A stretch of DNA of 64,000 nucleotides from Tubiluchus corallicola (GCA_030141605.1 JAQGDQ010000184.1:186001-250000); one strand, 5' to 3'. Positions 25,601 through 40,677 are shown, numbered from the stretch's first letter. Numbers and translations: made by a program. Notes: generated from the sequence alone by a model not told the origin.

Positions 25601-28600
25601 GATATGTGCTGTTTGAAACATTGTAGAAAATGGCAATTTTATCTATGCAGTATAATAACAGAATTAATTTACCCAAGTCTTGGTCAATTAACCTAATTTT
25701 TGATGAAAATTGGAGCAGCGTCATAGCAATTCGCCAAACCGAGAAAATGACGCTTGGCCACTGTAATGTCAGGCGTATTTAGATTGACAGTCTCAACTGG
25801 ACCGATTAGCGATAATTGCTGAACCTTCGTCATCGGCCATTATAGCTCTCTTTTGCAATAAAGCAAGCGGCAAACTGCTGGAATAACCGTCGCAAAATGG
25901 AATTTTGGAAAACAGAAATGTTTGATAACAGCAGGAAGAAGTGGAAGCAATCACTTGAGCAAACTGGTAAAGTTAAGAATTATGAAACACGAATGGTTCA
26001 TGTAACATATGAGCTGATTAAGGAGTGCAAGAAGAAGCAGAAATGCTCTATGGCATGAAATTACTGACCAATGCAAGGTACAGCAATCCATGGCATAAAA
26101 TGGTTGAAAAGTATATAAAAAACTGGGAATTGTAAATAGTGCAACTGCGCAAGTTGGTTGTCATGAAAACTTGTAACGTAATTATGCATAATTATAAGCA
26201 ATTATTCGTACCAATCAGGCGGCAAGCGCAGTGGAAAAGAACGGTTGATATCCCGGATTTACTGGATAGCACGAGAAAGCTAATGCATGCTGAAGCCTGC
26301 GTGAAAATTTCCATTAAAATGTAAATTAGGAGCTTTGTAACAATAAAAACGTAATGAAACGCGCAACTGAAGTAATAAGTCAAGTCATATATTGTTTTAC
26401 CACTGAAAATGTGGTCACTACAGGATGAAACAGACGCAATAAACAAGAAAAAGCATAATAAACAACGGTTCAGCTTGAAACGTGTCAAAACGTTTTTGGC
26501 TTATCATTCAGATTTGTAAAACACATTTCTTTTTATACATCATAGATTGTTACGTGAACACTGATTGCTTGGTTAATAAAGCCAAAAGTTGCATAAATAT
26601 TAATTCAGCATAGTAATTGCACAGATGATACACTCCAGAAACTAGGTCACCCTGTAGCGTCATGTTAATTGGTTTGTCACAACAACGGCTTCCTGCTGTG
26701 ACACTTTTCGCAATTTACTGCCTGAATAAAAGATAGCTTTTATTTATACACATCAGTTTCTTCATACGTGCAGTTGACAAGATATTTACAACAATTAACT
26801 TATACATGTACATAATTAGATGCATCGTTAATTTAGTCTCAAAATGGGTCGACTGGATGACTAAAAGGCAATCCACTGGATGACTTAAAATGACCGACTG
26901 ACGGATATGGACGACCAAACCGGTCATAAAAGTTGGCCTATAAAGCCCAAAAGTAGAACAAATAGTCTTTTAAACAGCGAATAATTTGTTTGACCACTGT
27001 AACCATGAAAGGCTGTCGCTCTCCTCTTTATGTCTCCGCCCCTCTCTTCTTCTCTCTCATTTATTCTCTCCTCTTCTAAATATATAAGTTGACGGTACAA
27101 TTTAGCATAGAAAGTAAGTTATAATGACAGAATAACGGTGATGTTACTACAACTGCTGTTGTTGGTGGTAGTTATGATGATGCCTACCATCATCATATTA
27201 CGACGACGATGATGACGAAATCGACAATGACGGCGTAATAGTAGGTGGAGTTGCACATCAGACTTTGCTGAGTTCCTATTTCCTATGCATTATTACAGCA
27301 GATTTCAAAAATATTCATTTCGCTCATTCTGTAGAAACGTCGGCATTCGCCCAGTCGTCCTTTTTATTTACATGTCATCCGCCTCCAGTCGCTTAGTCAA
27401 TCTTTCGTTTAGGCAGCACTGAAAAATTAGAATTAACTGGTACCTGGTCGACCTTGTTTGTTCGACCTTTATTGCTCGAACTTGTCCAGTCGCTGGGCGT
27501 CGAGAATCAAATTTGTAACGAAATTTAAGCGCTTGATGACCGTTCCCTGCATGACGTTTGCGATCGTAGTCATCCGACATTCAAAACAAGGGTGTGCTTA
27601 GAATAATTTATTGAACTCACGGATTGTTACAGTTACTGTAGTTCCCAAAGCCCAAAATCTGATTAAAAGATTGCGCAACATATTGTCATTAAACTATGTG
27701 ACGTGTTCTTAACTGTGGCTAATATTTTAATGTTTGCGCTTACTAAGATTTCCCTCTTTGTTTAAGCGCGCTTATCACGAGGTAGAAGTTATGTTATGTC
27801 GCATTTAAAGGCAATTCTTTAAAGGCAATAAAATCTTTAAAGAATGGAAAAAGCCCAGGAATCTTGAGCAGAACAGCTAAAGCATGGGCCAAAGATCATT
27901 AGCATTGGAATATCAAATTTACTAAACACTGTTGCAGAAACAGGAAACTATCCAAAAGAAGTTAAGCAGGGGATATTAGTGCCTATTCCAAAACCTAAAA
28001 AGACCAGTAGAAAATTTAAGACCAATTATACTACTGAGTTTGTTAAGGAAAATCTTGGCTATATGCATGATCAGACGCATAAATGGCAACATTCCACCAA
28101 GTCAAGTGATGTCAGCAAAAATACTAGCAGAAAAAGCAGCCACATTCTGTTCTTATGAATTCACGATCTTGTTACTTGATATGAGCAAGGCGTTTGATAC
28201 TGTACAGAGAGGAATTCTCTTCGATGATCTACAAACTGTACTACAACCAGATGAAATGCATATTATTACAATTCTACTAAAGTGTGTTAAACTTACTGTA
28301 AAAGTTGGATGCACCTTAGGAAGAACTTTTAGCGCGAATATTGGGGGGGTGTACCCCATGGGGCTGTCTTAGTCCAATACTTTTCACGCTCTACATAGCA
28401 AATGCACTTAAGATCCACACTCCTCCAAATGATGATCGTGATTACGATACCACTGTCTGTGATAACCTTTCTCAACGTATTCTAGATCACTCATTTCTTG
28501 CTTTGGAATCTTATGAACTGTTCGTTATTGATCAACAAATATGCACATGATATCGGATGGCTTAGTGTATCAAATTCTGAAACTAACACAATAAAAAGGG

Positions 28601-30655
28601 ATTTTCCAAAAAGAAAACTAGAAAATAGAAATGTTCAAGTAAACCAGTCAAAACCGGAGGATATATTATTGCAAGAGATGGTAATCAGTCTTAGAAAAAG
28701 GGCAAGTACATGGGCACTCTTCTAAGCACCGAAGATGACAATAAAAGCAGAAAGCAACAAGCAATGCATGCTTTTCTTCAGCACAAGAATGTATTAACTA
28801 GCAAAAAATTAAGTATTAACGTAAGACGTCGATTATTTAATGTTTACGTTACCAACATGGTACGATTATTTATGTACAACAGCGAAACTTGGGGTTTAAC
28901 GTTTAATCAAGAAAAGCAGATTGACACATTTCAAAGAAATCTTCTTAGGAAAGTTTTAAAGATAAGATGGCCATACATAATCAAATATGAAGATTTATAC
29001 ACCAGAACAAAAGAAATTTATTGGAGTTCAAAAGTCAAGATTCGAAGATTAAGATGGCTAGGACATCTTCTAAGATTACCAAATGAAGCACCAGTAAGAA
29101 TCGCCTCAAAACCTTACAAAAAACCACCTGGTAAACCTAAAACAACTTTGACCAAATCTATCTTTAGGAGTAGAAGAACTTTAGCTGTTGTCTGCAGATA
29201 GAAGAGGGTGGAATGCTCTGATAAATGTTGATACCTCAATGCCTACAATAGGTGCAGTGATGATGGTGGCACTGAAGAAGAAGAAGGAGAAGAAGAATAT
29301 CGGATTTACTTTGTTCAAATTCTTATCGAATTTGATGCTCATTTAATAAACGTTCGTTTTAGTATTCACTAATTCATCAACTGTTGTGACTGTATCTTTG
29401 CCGACTTTGCAAACTAGTTACTGTTAATATGAGTTTACTGGATGTTGAAATCTTGATTAGGCAGATTGCTCATATTTTCACACGGGAGGTCGCCGGTTCA
29501 ACTCTCTACGGAATAGTAACCGCTGGGTGCTGGTTCTTCGACCAAGCACGCGGGGTTGATCGAAGTAACGTGCGGGCAACAATAATCGGGAATAAGTATT
29601 GGGTTACTTAAGGTGTTATCCCTGAACTACTTCTTAAGCGAAATTATTATTATCATATTTCGAACCAGTACAGTATTCTCGTGTAACTACTACGTCCACG
29701 ATAGATGCTTATTGCTCATCTCTAAAGCTATCACTCGTCACTGTCTTTCAAACGCGACGCGTCATTTTGGTTGTTTAAATTCGTCTCAAACATGATTAGA
29801 TACTGAATGTCACGCGGGTCGTTGATATCTATCAGGGCAAATTAACCTTGGACAATTTTTTGAGACATTGGATGACGTTGCGTTACTCTCGTTTGTGCAT
29901 ACTGTCAGTTTGCATGATACCATTATGGCAAACCTGGCAAGCAAACGTGACAGTCCGTACAGGTTTATACTTGGAGTGGAATCAATAAATCTGTAGGAAT
30001 AATAATCTCGCTCGGTGCTATTTCGAGTTCGCACATCATATCGCACAGAGTTATTTGTAATTGAGCAAGTGATCAAATAACGTATAAGGTATCTCCTGTG
30101 CAATGTTGATTTGATATGCCTGGAGAATGTACTGTAAATGCAAATATATCAAACAAATAGCCGGACATCAAATGTCCAGTTGACTATATTAGTCAAGATT
30201 TAGAAGCAAGTTATTGTAACATAAAATATTTTATAGGCAGTTTGTAATAAATTCGATATGGCTACACAGTTGAGCTGCTTTGACAAACACTTGGCGGCTT
30301 TGCGTAGAGAACGGATGATCAAGCTGAGGTGACCTTGATTTAAAAAATTACAGTTTTCACTTAAGAGTCTATCGCATTGATTTGGTACAAGTCAAGTGAA
30401 CAATGTTGCCAGATCCGGAGTGGCCATACAGAAACATTTTCATTTACAATTTCAGATTTCTGATGTTATAGGTAAAAAAATATTTAGAAATTTGCAGTTG
30501 TCTAGCAGAATGTTCTAAAAGTTAATAAAATCAGTGGAACATGATTCTCATCTTTGTCGTCGTTGTCATCATCATCGTCATCATCATCATTCATTACCAT
30601 CATCAGCAACAGCAATAGCAACAGTGGCAGCAACAGGAACAGTAGTAACACCAGT

Positions 30656-30710
<55 letters not shown>

Positions 30711-33700
30711 ACAGCAAGACAACAACAACAACACAGTGAATGATTTATTTGTGCATATGAAGTCTACGTGCAGTACACAATGGTCAGAGTGTCTTCCTGA
30801 ATTGCTCTTTTGAATGGTAGTTGTTTGGTACCGTTTAGCTGTTAGATTGTATTTTGCAAACAAACATTTAAGAACAATAAGTTAGTGCAATGATTGTGCT
30901 TCTTAAGGCGAGTTCGGAGTAGAGAGTTTTTCCCGCAAGCTGTTGCACGAGTTTTTTCCCAAGTTATTGCAGACAAGCATTATTCATTGCGAGAACATAC
31001 AGAGAGAACTTGATGCAGAAGAATATGCGAGAAACAACTCTCTAGTGTGAAGAATTAAGTTCAGAGGAGTCACATGTGGAAGCACGCCTGACATGATTCA
31101 CTGGATCAACAATTTTTGTTTGACTTTGATGCTTCTGCTATCGCTACCTACTTTTCCATTTTACGTTTGTATATTAGTTGCTGAATCACTTTGTTTACAG
31201 AAATGAAACCTTACTTTTGTTAACTACCCAGAAACATTCGCGAACCCGCTGCAGATAGGATCTAGCATTCACAAACATCTAACCGCCGTCTTATAGCTTT
31301 GTATAAATGAAGCTCACACATTGAGTCTCAAAAATTTTATTAAGGTGTACTTATTCTTAGACAAATAAACATTTTAACGGTATAAAACTCGCCATGATTG
31401 AACGTTCTACGAAAACATCAATTTAAATTAGTTTAGACAGAGGTTGTGCGCTGTTTTATCGTGCCTCGGTTACAGAGCAGCTCGTAATAAACAGTAACTG
31501 AACTCAGGAGACATCTGGGCATAGACCAGCTAATAGAAGTCAGTTTACGGCATGAACAAAATTTTGTGGAGAACGCTTGACGTCTAAATGGAAATCATAG
31601 TATGCACAAAATGACTTTTAACTAGGCAGCCAGGGAGCGTCCATTTTACATGGTTGAACAGCTGTGCTCATCAATTAAAGAATTATATCACTATATGGGT
31701 AATTTCTTCTGCTTTCTGTAGAAATTTACCTGAAACTTATTTACATTAACTATCCAAACTAAAAAGATGAAAAACGTAAACAAACAACAAATGACCAAGT
31801 GCAGAATGAACAGATGAACGGTCGAACAAATAAATTAACGAGTAAACTATAAGTGTATCACAGGCTTTACATATGCAGCTACACCTTTTCTGTAAATCTA
31901 CATTTATATCTTAGTTTACATTCATCTACATCTTCACCGACATCTAGATCTTCGCCAACAAAAAGCATGTATGCAAGGTCGAAGTCCTGATTTTATATTA
32001 TATCTTACAAACCGACAACTTGTTGCTCTTACCTGTCATCTTGCAAAATCGTGATGTGCGCGGATGGTATTGAGACATATTGCCGTAAATATTTCCTGGT
32101 GACCTTTCTGCGTCTGTGGTAATCTCTCTTCACTTATAGTGGTCGAACTTCTTTATGTCTAGTCTATGTTTATTTTTACGTCTATGTCTGTATTTCTGTT
32201 AATGTCTACGCCTGCGTCTGCGTCCACGTCCACGTCCACATACACGTCCTTATCCAAGTCCATTTCCATGTCTACGTCCATGTCTGACTGTGTCTATGCA
32301 GGTACTAAAAGCAATGTGTATGGCTGTATGTTTACATCCGTGCCAATGTCTATATCCATAGTCAGGCCTATTTCCATGTCCTCGTCAACGCCAAAGCCCA
32401 TGTCAGTTTCTGTGCCTGTGTCCATGTCTGTGTCTCTCTCTGTGTGTGTGTATGGGAATGTGTATATTATATTTGAACATGCATATAACTTAAATTTCGG
32501 TAGATTATCACATTCTGTAGCCTGTACTTTATAACATAAGATTCGGTATTCGTTCCCGAAAAGAGATTATCTATACGTCTTCAAATTCACATTGGCGATT
32601 CCAAGTCCATGTAGCTGCATGCACGAATGGACAGCTTTTTCAATCAAATTTTTAACTTTTTTGTAAGCCTTGCTTACGACCATTGCCATTCCAAGCCCCC
32701 CCCCCCAAGACAAACAAAGAACCATTCAGGTCGCAGACAAAGATTTATCAGCATTTTGTGGAAGTGTGCAAGAAAATTTCTTGAATTGGATAATTCCCTC
32801 TAGTGCAGTATAACACAAAATAATAAATCTGAGTGTTCTGATGTGTCTGAATGTAAGAACCATGGCGTCTTTTGCGGCTAAGAATTGAATAGAAAGGTAG
32901 ACTACTGTTAGTGTCAGTGATATTCATTTTAGAATACTTAGGGTTTTTGATTTTACATGGCAACTTCAGGGCTTCCGTGTTTCACTAAAGTCTAAGTTGA
33001 AATTAATTAATTCAGCTGTATAAACGATAATAAGAGATAATCTTGTGAAGGTCGTGAATCACACACCTGCAAAATTAAAATCCTCTGATTAAGATTTAAG
33101 TGCACAAACGGTTTGGTTGACTTTTGAACATTTTTTTTGGAGAATGGTGAAGGTGTTAACTCCAACCCTTTCGAAGAATAGCCAAATTTACTTTTGACGA
33201 CTTGAGTGAGGGTTGTATAATGTAATAAGTGTGGTGTGTCATTTTTGGAAACACAGAAAAAACAATGCAAAGTAACAATGTCTGTAATACTGCCATGTAC
33301 CGCAAGAACTTTTACAGGCAGTAGGCAGTACTCTTCAGCGCGCTGCAAATCGGAATCCAGCACTCAAAGACAGAGCCTACGAGTTAAATATGCCGTTTTG
33401 AGAGTGATATTGGTGTCGAACCCACTGAAGCCTCGCTCCACTCACGTAGAGCTCGTGCACTGCACTCAGTCATGATCACCACCTGCGACTATCCGCGGCA
33501 GTGGTGAAAAGCAGTGTTTTGCATTTGCTCAACTAGATGCTGTGTTTACCCAATTTGTTGGTAGATTTCTTGTATAGTAGTAGTATTTTTATTGTCATTA
33601 AGACCAACGCCCTTTTTCAGCTCTTCAGTTTAGGCCCAAATCCCGAAAAAGTGCTTTTTTATTTGTTTATTAGACAAAAATACCATTACAATTACATACA

Positions 33701-36700
33701 CAGATATATTATATACAATGCACAAACTGAAAACAAAATTGCTACAATTACATACACAGATATATTATATACAATGCACAAACTGAAAACAAAATTGCTA
33801 CAATTACTTATATTACTTACAACAATTAATTACCACAATCAAGTGAACAATCAATTATTGAAAAAATTAATGATATGTAACTGCTTGCAGCTGAGCTAAA
33901 AGCTAGAACCTGGGAAGCTCAACTGGTTTGCTTCTATGAAGTTATAGAGGCGTTTTTTCTAAAAATGGGCAATATAGCCGGTCTTATTAATTTGACAACG
34001 CTGAATCCGAAAAATGCTGTTGCCAGCTCGAAAAAGTAACGCAAAGGGTTTAAAAACGCAAGAAACAAAATGGCCGCCACGTTTTTGGACAAACAACATA
34101 AATTAAGAGAAATTTTCAAAAAATTAACATTAAGAAGCCAATATGACATCTATTCCAGGACTGTTGAAACTGTGGAACCCATTTCTGTAATTTTCATTTC
34201 AAAATGGCCGTGTTAAAATGTCCGCCACTAGACTAGAAAAAAATCATTAAAAGGTGATTCTATAAAGTTCTAGGGGCAACTTTGCTAAAAGTGAGCAACA
34301 CAGTCACCTTATCAATGCTGAATCCAAAAAAAGCTGTTGCCGGCTTGAAAAATTAAAGGAAAATGATCAGAAAGGAAAAAACAAAATGGCTGCAAAGTTT
34401 TTACGCACACAATGTAATCAAAACAAGCCCCCTGAAAATTAATATTATGAACCAAAGATGACATCTATTCCAGGGCGTTTGCGATCCATTTCTGTTACCC
34501 TTGTTACAAAAATAGGCACGGTTTTCACAATGGTAGCCACACAATTATGTCGATCAATTATATTACCTGTTTCACCTAAAGATTTATTATAAAAACAAAA
34601 AGCAAGTCATTTTATTAATTCGACCTTGTTGAATCTAAATACTGCTAGACTAATAACTAATAATAAGAAATAAGAAAAAAAGAAAATGGTCACCGGGTCC
34701 CGGCCCTACGTGTAGTCCAGCACAATCGCGAGAAAGTACTCATTTCGTCTAAATGTTACGAAATTTAGCACTATGATAGAATCCATCAAAGTGATTAGTT
34801 TTGTATAAAAAAATGCTCCAATATGGGCGCTATATTTTCAAGATGATGAATAAGGGGGTTCGCTAGTATATAAAGGTTATATTTTAACTATTAGAATAGA
34901 TAAGGTGATGATTTTGGTGTCTAAATATAGGTTCTTAGTGTCAAGCAACCCATAACTAACGCTTTAAAACATTTACGTATGTGCTCTAACAGCTAAGATT
35001 CGGCTTTGAAAAACTAGCAACTGCTTTCCATCTTCTAGGCCATTTTTAAATGGTGGCAATATTGGATGATTTTCGTTTGGCGTCATATCCAAAATTAATC
35101 ACCTTTATTGGTTTTAAATTTCTGCAATTTTTTGTAACTTAAGCGGAAAGACAAGTCTTTTCACCATTCTGCTAAACAGTTATGCCGGGATCCCGTCGGC
35201 CATTTGTTTTTTACTTATTGGGCTGCTCGAATCGCTGTGCATTATTTTGGGGCTAGTAGCAACTTTCCGGATTAAAGAAGACCCACTTGATTGCTTTTTT
35301 GTTTGTATAATGAATCTTAAGATGAAACAGTTAATATTAATATGGTCGGCATGATTTCGTTATCGTGTGGTGGTCATTTTGAAAATGGTAGTCATTTTTG
35401 AAATGAAAATAACAGAAATGGGTTCCTCGGGTCCAACAAACCCTGGAATAGATGTCATAGTGGCTTCTTCTAGTACCCTGTCATTGGCGGCCATTTTGTT
35501 TTTTGCGTTTTAACCCCTTTCTGCTAATTTTCGAGCTTCCAACAGCGTTTTTCGATTCAGCATAGTCAAATTGACAAGAAAGACTATGTTGCCCACTTAA
35601 AAAACGCTTCTAGAGTTCCATTTTTATGAAAATGGGACTAGACTATTTAGTCTGAACGACACGACGGAACAAAACGGCTTAAGCTAATTCTAAGGGCAGC
35701 TGGAATAGTAGATTTATAAATTTAATGTTGTTATACATGTACTTTACACGACAATTCTGTTTCTTGGCCTGCAATTACAGCATCGAAAGACAAATTATCG
35801 AAAATTTAGAAGCACTTTGAAGTGAATGTAAAAGTAATGATATGATGGCAAGTTTTCTGCTTTACCACATATTAGTGTAAAATTTAGTAAGGATCAGCCT
35901 TTTCCACCCACGCATCAGTGTTAAGTATTTTAAATGATCACGTTTCATCTGTAAGGGTTATTGAATTACCAGCAGTATTTCATTTAAAACTGTCCATGTT
36001 TGCGTTTGATATGTTTTAACTTCACTTATAATGCCTGACGCCAGCGATCATTTGCGGTAAATAACATTTGCGATGACATTACGGCAAATCGGTATTTCCC
36101 ACTTTGTTCAAGTTAATGAACCTTCTTGCTACACGACCCAGTAAATCAATATGCCAGCCGCATGCTTTCTAATTTACCTTAAATAATCCTTACATGCTCG
36201 CCGCAGGTGCGGGCTTATCGAGTAGTAGCTAGTAATTAATAACAACATGTATAAAGAGTATTAAAAGTCAAGGCGAGTATGTGCAGCAAGAATTGCGCAA
36301 TGCCCAAAGTGATTTTTAAGTAACGATAAAACATTCAAATAAGTTATACCAGCAATACTATTTATTTTTTAATATAAGTAAATATATTGTATATTGTTTA
36401 ATATAAAAAATAAACAATGCTGCTTAAAAATAATTTTATATATTTAAATCTGTAATCATTTAACATTGTCAATGCTTTGTCATAGTATACAATTTACATA
36501 TACAAATAGTATATAATTTATCACGGCTTTATAAGGTCATATCTTAATTTCAAAATGTTCTGCTTCCATCGTTTCAATTTTTAAACATTTTCAAGCAGTT
36601 AAGAAACTTAATATTTCTTCTTTTATGCCACTCGACAGTCAATAGATAATAGTTATGGGAAATTTGTAAGGCGGATAATAATTGATAGTATAATGATAAT

Positions 36701-39456
36701 ATAGCAACGACATTACTTAGCTGTACTAGCGACTATTTTTCGTTTTCAATGCCACCCAGTTCAAACAACCAACGTAACAGTAAATTTAAAGATTAGTTTA
36801 CCGAGTAAAAATTCGTCTTAAATTGATTACATTTCCAACTAGGTTAAGTTTTATAGTGAGCAGCATAAATTATGTACACTAAACTAAAACGAGATCTAAT
36901 ATGGAGCTGATATTTTTTATCAGCGATTCCTACATCCTTGCTAGAAGACTTTATCTTACCTGTTAATAGTCTCCTGCGTTCTGAGGCAAATGATAACTTG
37001 TTCAGCTTCTAAATTGGCTGAATTAGTTCCACTCACAACTCTTAGCTTAAGAAAAAGGAGCTCGCCACCGTTTCCTTGGCCACATGTAGTTGTCTTTAGT
37101 GACTTACGCTATAAGATTGTGCGTTTCAGTACCCGTGAGGCATTGATAAAATGAAATCAATCAGAGCCTTAGTTACTTTCTCTGCGCATGTTTCCCATAT
37201 TAACCTCAAATTAGTCGCCTTCGCCATTAATTTATATCCGCTTCTTCCACTTGACAAGCTTATCCTTTGATGAGTTAATTTAGAGTAGCAGAAGCAAAGT
37301 CATTATTTCAAGAAGACTTGGCGAAACTTGTTATTTGGGGAGAGACGGGAGCGACAAATTCTGTCCTATTTCTTTGGCCATTATGCAGATGTACATCTTA
37401 GATAATGAGGACTGTGCCTTAGCCTAATTGTATATTAATTTCTACACATGTTAGTTCAGTGTATTTGGGAGTTTTATTCAATCACTTTAAGCCGGTAATT
37501 CAAGTTTAATTTTGTCAGACAGTACCATAGCTCTGACTAGCCCAATTTGACCTCACTTGTTTAACATTAAAATCATAATTATTTTATCACCCGTCTACTG
37601 TCTAGCCTTACTTTGTTTAATTTGACAATGCAGATTTTACCTAATTTGATTCAGTCTGATTCAGCCAACACTCAGTTTTACTTGTAGCCTTCCAAAATGC
37701 TTGACTAAACTAACCTCTCTAATCTAATCTAAGCTAACATAAGCTAACCTAACCTTCCTCGACCTAATCTAACATCGTTTTACTAGCATGGTATGATATA
37801 CTGTATCTAAAACAAATCTCACACAATCGAGGTTGACTAAATTTAATCCAACATAACTTAACCTAACCAAACGTAATGTAACCTAACCTTATTTTATTTG
37901 ACCTAACCTAACCTAGCTAACGCAGAGCTTTTCTAGTAAAATGCATTGACTGCATCATCTGGCTTAATTAAGATAACTTATTTCAATTCATCTCAATTCA
38001 GCTCATTAAATTTTTTTATTTTGGTAAAAAAATACTACACAAAAAAAGTAATCACGCACAAATAATCTGCACGCTATTTACAAATAAAAAAATAAATATG
38101 GATAAACTTGACCTGGCGATACCCGACCTAACATAACCTAACATAACCTTGCCTAGCCTGCCCTAACATAATCTAACCTAACTTAACTTGACCTAACCTA
38201 GCCTAGCCTGCCCTAACCTAATCTAATCTAACTTTATAATGCTGCCGTTGATCAGTAGACGTAAAGAACAAAATCTGTACCACGTAGCCTTAATCCTTCA
38301 ATAAACTAACAAGCGAAATCTTCTTGATAATAGCCGCATAAAACTCAAATCAAAATTCTGAATTTGCAAAATCTTGTCAGATCACTAGTACTGCTGCGGA
38401 CATGCGAAGCCTGCTTTCTTAAGTAAGAGAAGATGCTGGAGTATAATACTTTCATAGTTTCAGATCTCTTTCCAGTGGCACTCTGAATTTGCGAAAACTT
38501 GTGATATCACTAGTTCTGCTGCGGACATGCGAAGCCTGCTTTATTAAATAAGGCATGATGTCGGAGTATATAATACCTTCGTTGTTTCAGATCTCTTTCC
38601 AGTGGCACTCTGCATTTGCGAAAACTTTTTGATAATGGCCACATAAAACATAAATGAAATGTTCTGAATTTGCGAAAACTTGTGATATCACTAGTTCTGC
38701 TGCGGACATGCGAAGCCTGCTTTATTAAATAAGGCAAGATGTCGGAGTATATAATACCTTCGTTGTTTCAGATCTCTCTCAGATGACACCCTCCAATTGC
38801 CGGGAGGCGGCAGGGCTGATGATACATGCAGATGGTAGGGATGGAATATGACGGTGTGGTTGGGGAATATTTCTACCACAGATCGCCACTGATTTACAAC
38901 GATTATAACTCAAACACATTATGAAAAGGTAATAACGTAAATGCAATTATAAGTAACTAAGTGAACTCATGTAAGCTGTTATTTAGTGAAATCCGCACAT
39001 TAAGTGTAACTATTGCATTAATTTCATGCTGCCTATCATATGACATCAAGTATTTTAAAACTAATTTCAGTAATAAAAAATATGCACTGACAGCAGTTGT
39101 TACGTAACCTACCAATAACAACTATGTAAAAGCAGCATCAATAACTTTGCCGACCATACCTATCTGCTTAGCTGTTATTATACTAGCCTAAAGCTTTGTA
39201 CGAAATGTGGTCCAGTTGATCTAAACTTTTCTCCTTTGGATTTATTGTCCACGATCGTCGATGCTATTACCACCATCACGACTAGCACAACTGCTACCAT
39301 TTTCGCTATCATCATCCCCATTATCGTCGTCATCGCCATTAACGTCACAATCATCATCATCATAGTCATCACTAGCATCGGCGCCCAGTTGTCAATGACT
39401 TGTCATCAACGCTATTATCATTATTTTCTTTGCTATTATTATCGTCGTCGTCGTCG

Positions 39457-39529
<73 letters not shown>

Positions 39530-40599
39530 TATCATCATTGTTGGTATAATAACTGAATTTATCGTATTTAGTGTCAACTGTCGAAAAAGCTATTAATTAA
39601 TAAACATTTTCGTGTCTCGGGAAAGTCGATGTGTGAGACGACTTCATATGTTTGCGCTTATGTTAAATAGATGCACAAGGGAATACAAAATAAGCTTATA
39701 GCGGCTATGCTACTATGCGTCACTTTCACAGTGCCAGCAAACATTTTTTGCTTGTATTTCCTCCTACCACTTACCATAACCCAACTGCAAGGAGGGAGAG
39801 AAATAATGTGTGTTTCTATAGTAACACTAGAAATATTGAATTGTCAAATGTAGCCTAAACGCCTTTTAATTTCATTGCAACAGACATCCACGTTCAGGGC
39901 TTCTGGTAGTAAGGAAGGCTTTCGCGTCAATATTAGGTGTTAGGCTAGGATCTAAAACCTGTAGCGTAATGTACAGGGTCTAGCATGGCTGTTGCTAGGG
40001 GATAAATAAACAAGTAGTAGTAAAAAATAAACAACTATCTGAGGCATGTGACGGGAACAGATCGAATTGAATGGCTTGGAAATCACAGGACCTCAGCCCC
40101 GCCAAACATGATAGTCCTCTATCCTGACAAACAGAGTTGAGGTCAAGATGATCCAAGAACATAGCAATGACGGATATTCAAAAGACAAGCAAGCGAGGCC
40201 TGTGAGCCATCAGCAAAATGTGCTGGATGACCTTGAGTTTGACTCTGATCTCTATGAGTCTCCCGTCATACCCCTCAAGACTGTAGGGTGTGCAAAACGC
40301 GCGAGGCTTCTGCTTTAAACATTGAGGGCACAATAGCTTCTCAATTGATTAAGCGGTACTTTGTTGCAATAAATTATTCTGTATTATTACTCGTTGTTTT
40401 CGTACACCCTAGCAAACTGTTATGTTACAGACTGACTTGCACTCTGACATATGATCTTACTAACCATCGACCTAAAAAGCACCTTTTTCAGATTCACATA
40501 TTAAGTATATACAATGTCTGTTACTATTTATGAGAAATTACAGATAAGTTTTCATGATGGATAACAAAGCTGAGGATTTGGAAATAAGAAGTAAAACCA

Positions 40600-40676
<77 letters not shown>

Positions 40677-40677
40677 A

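Noticed and set aside
30502-30863. Poly-Ser/Ala/Leu/Cys ORFs; likewise poly-His/Met at 39236-39577 and poly-Tyr/Val at 40524-40808
   Set aside because: Translations of trinucleotide microsatellites with no splice or domain support
36960-37008. Possible 49-nt exon with an ACAG|gtaaga donor
   Set aside because: Length is not a multiple of three, so it cannot sit between phase-1 junctions; it might be UTR but is unsupported
38357-38780. Repeat-spacer appearance suggesting a CRISPR array
   Set aside because: Units are ~127 bp and similar along their whole length with no unique spacers; eukaryotic context and no cas genes
40040-40200. Possible RTE LINE 3' remnant (YLRHV..., also ~25740-25950)
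   Set aside because: Too eroded to support by eye; needs a profile search
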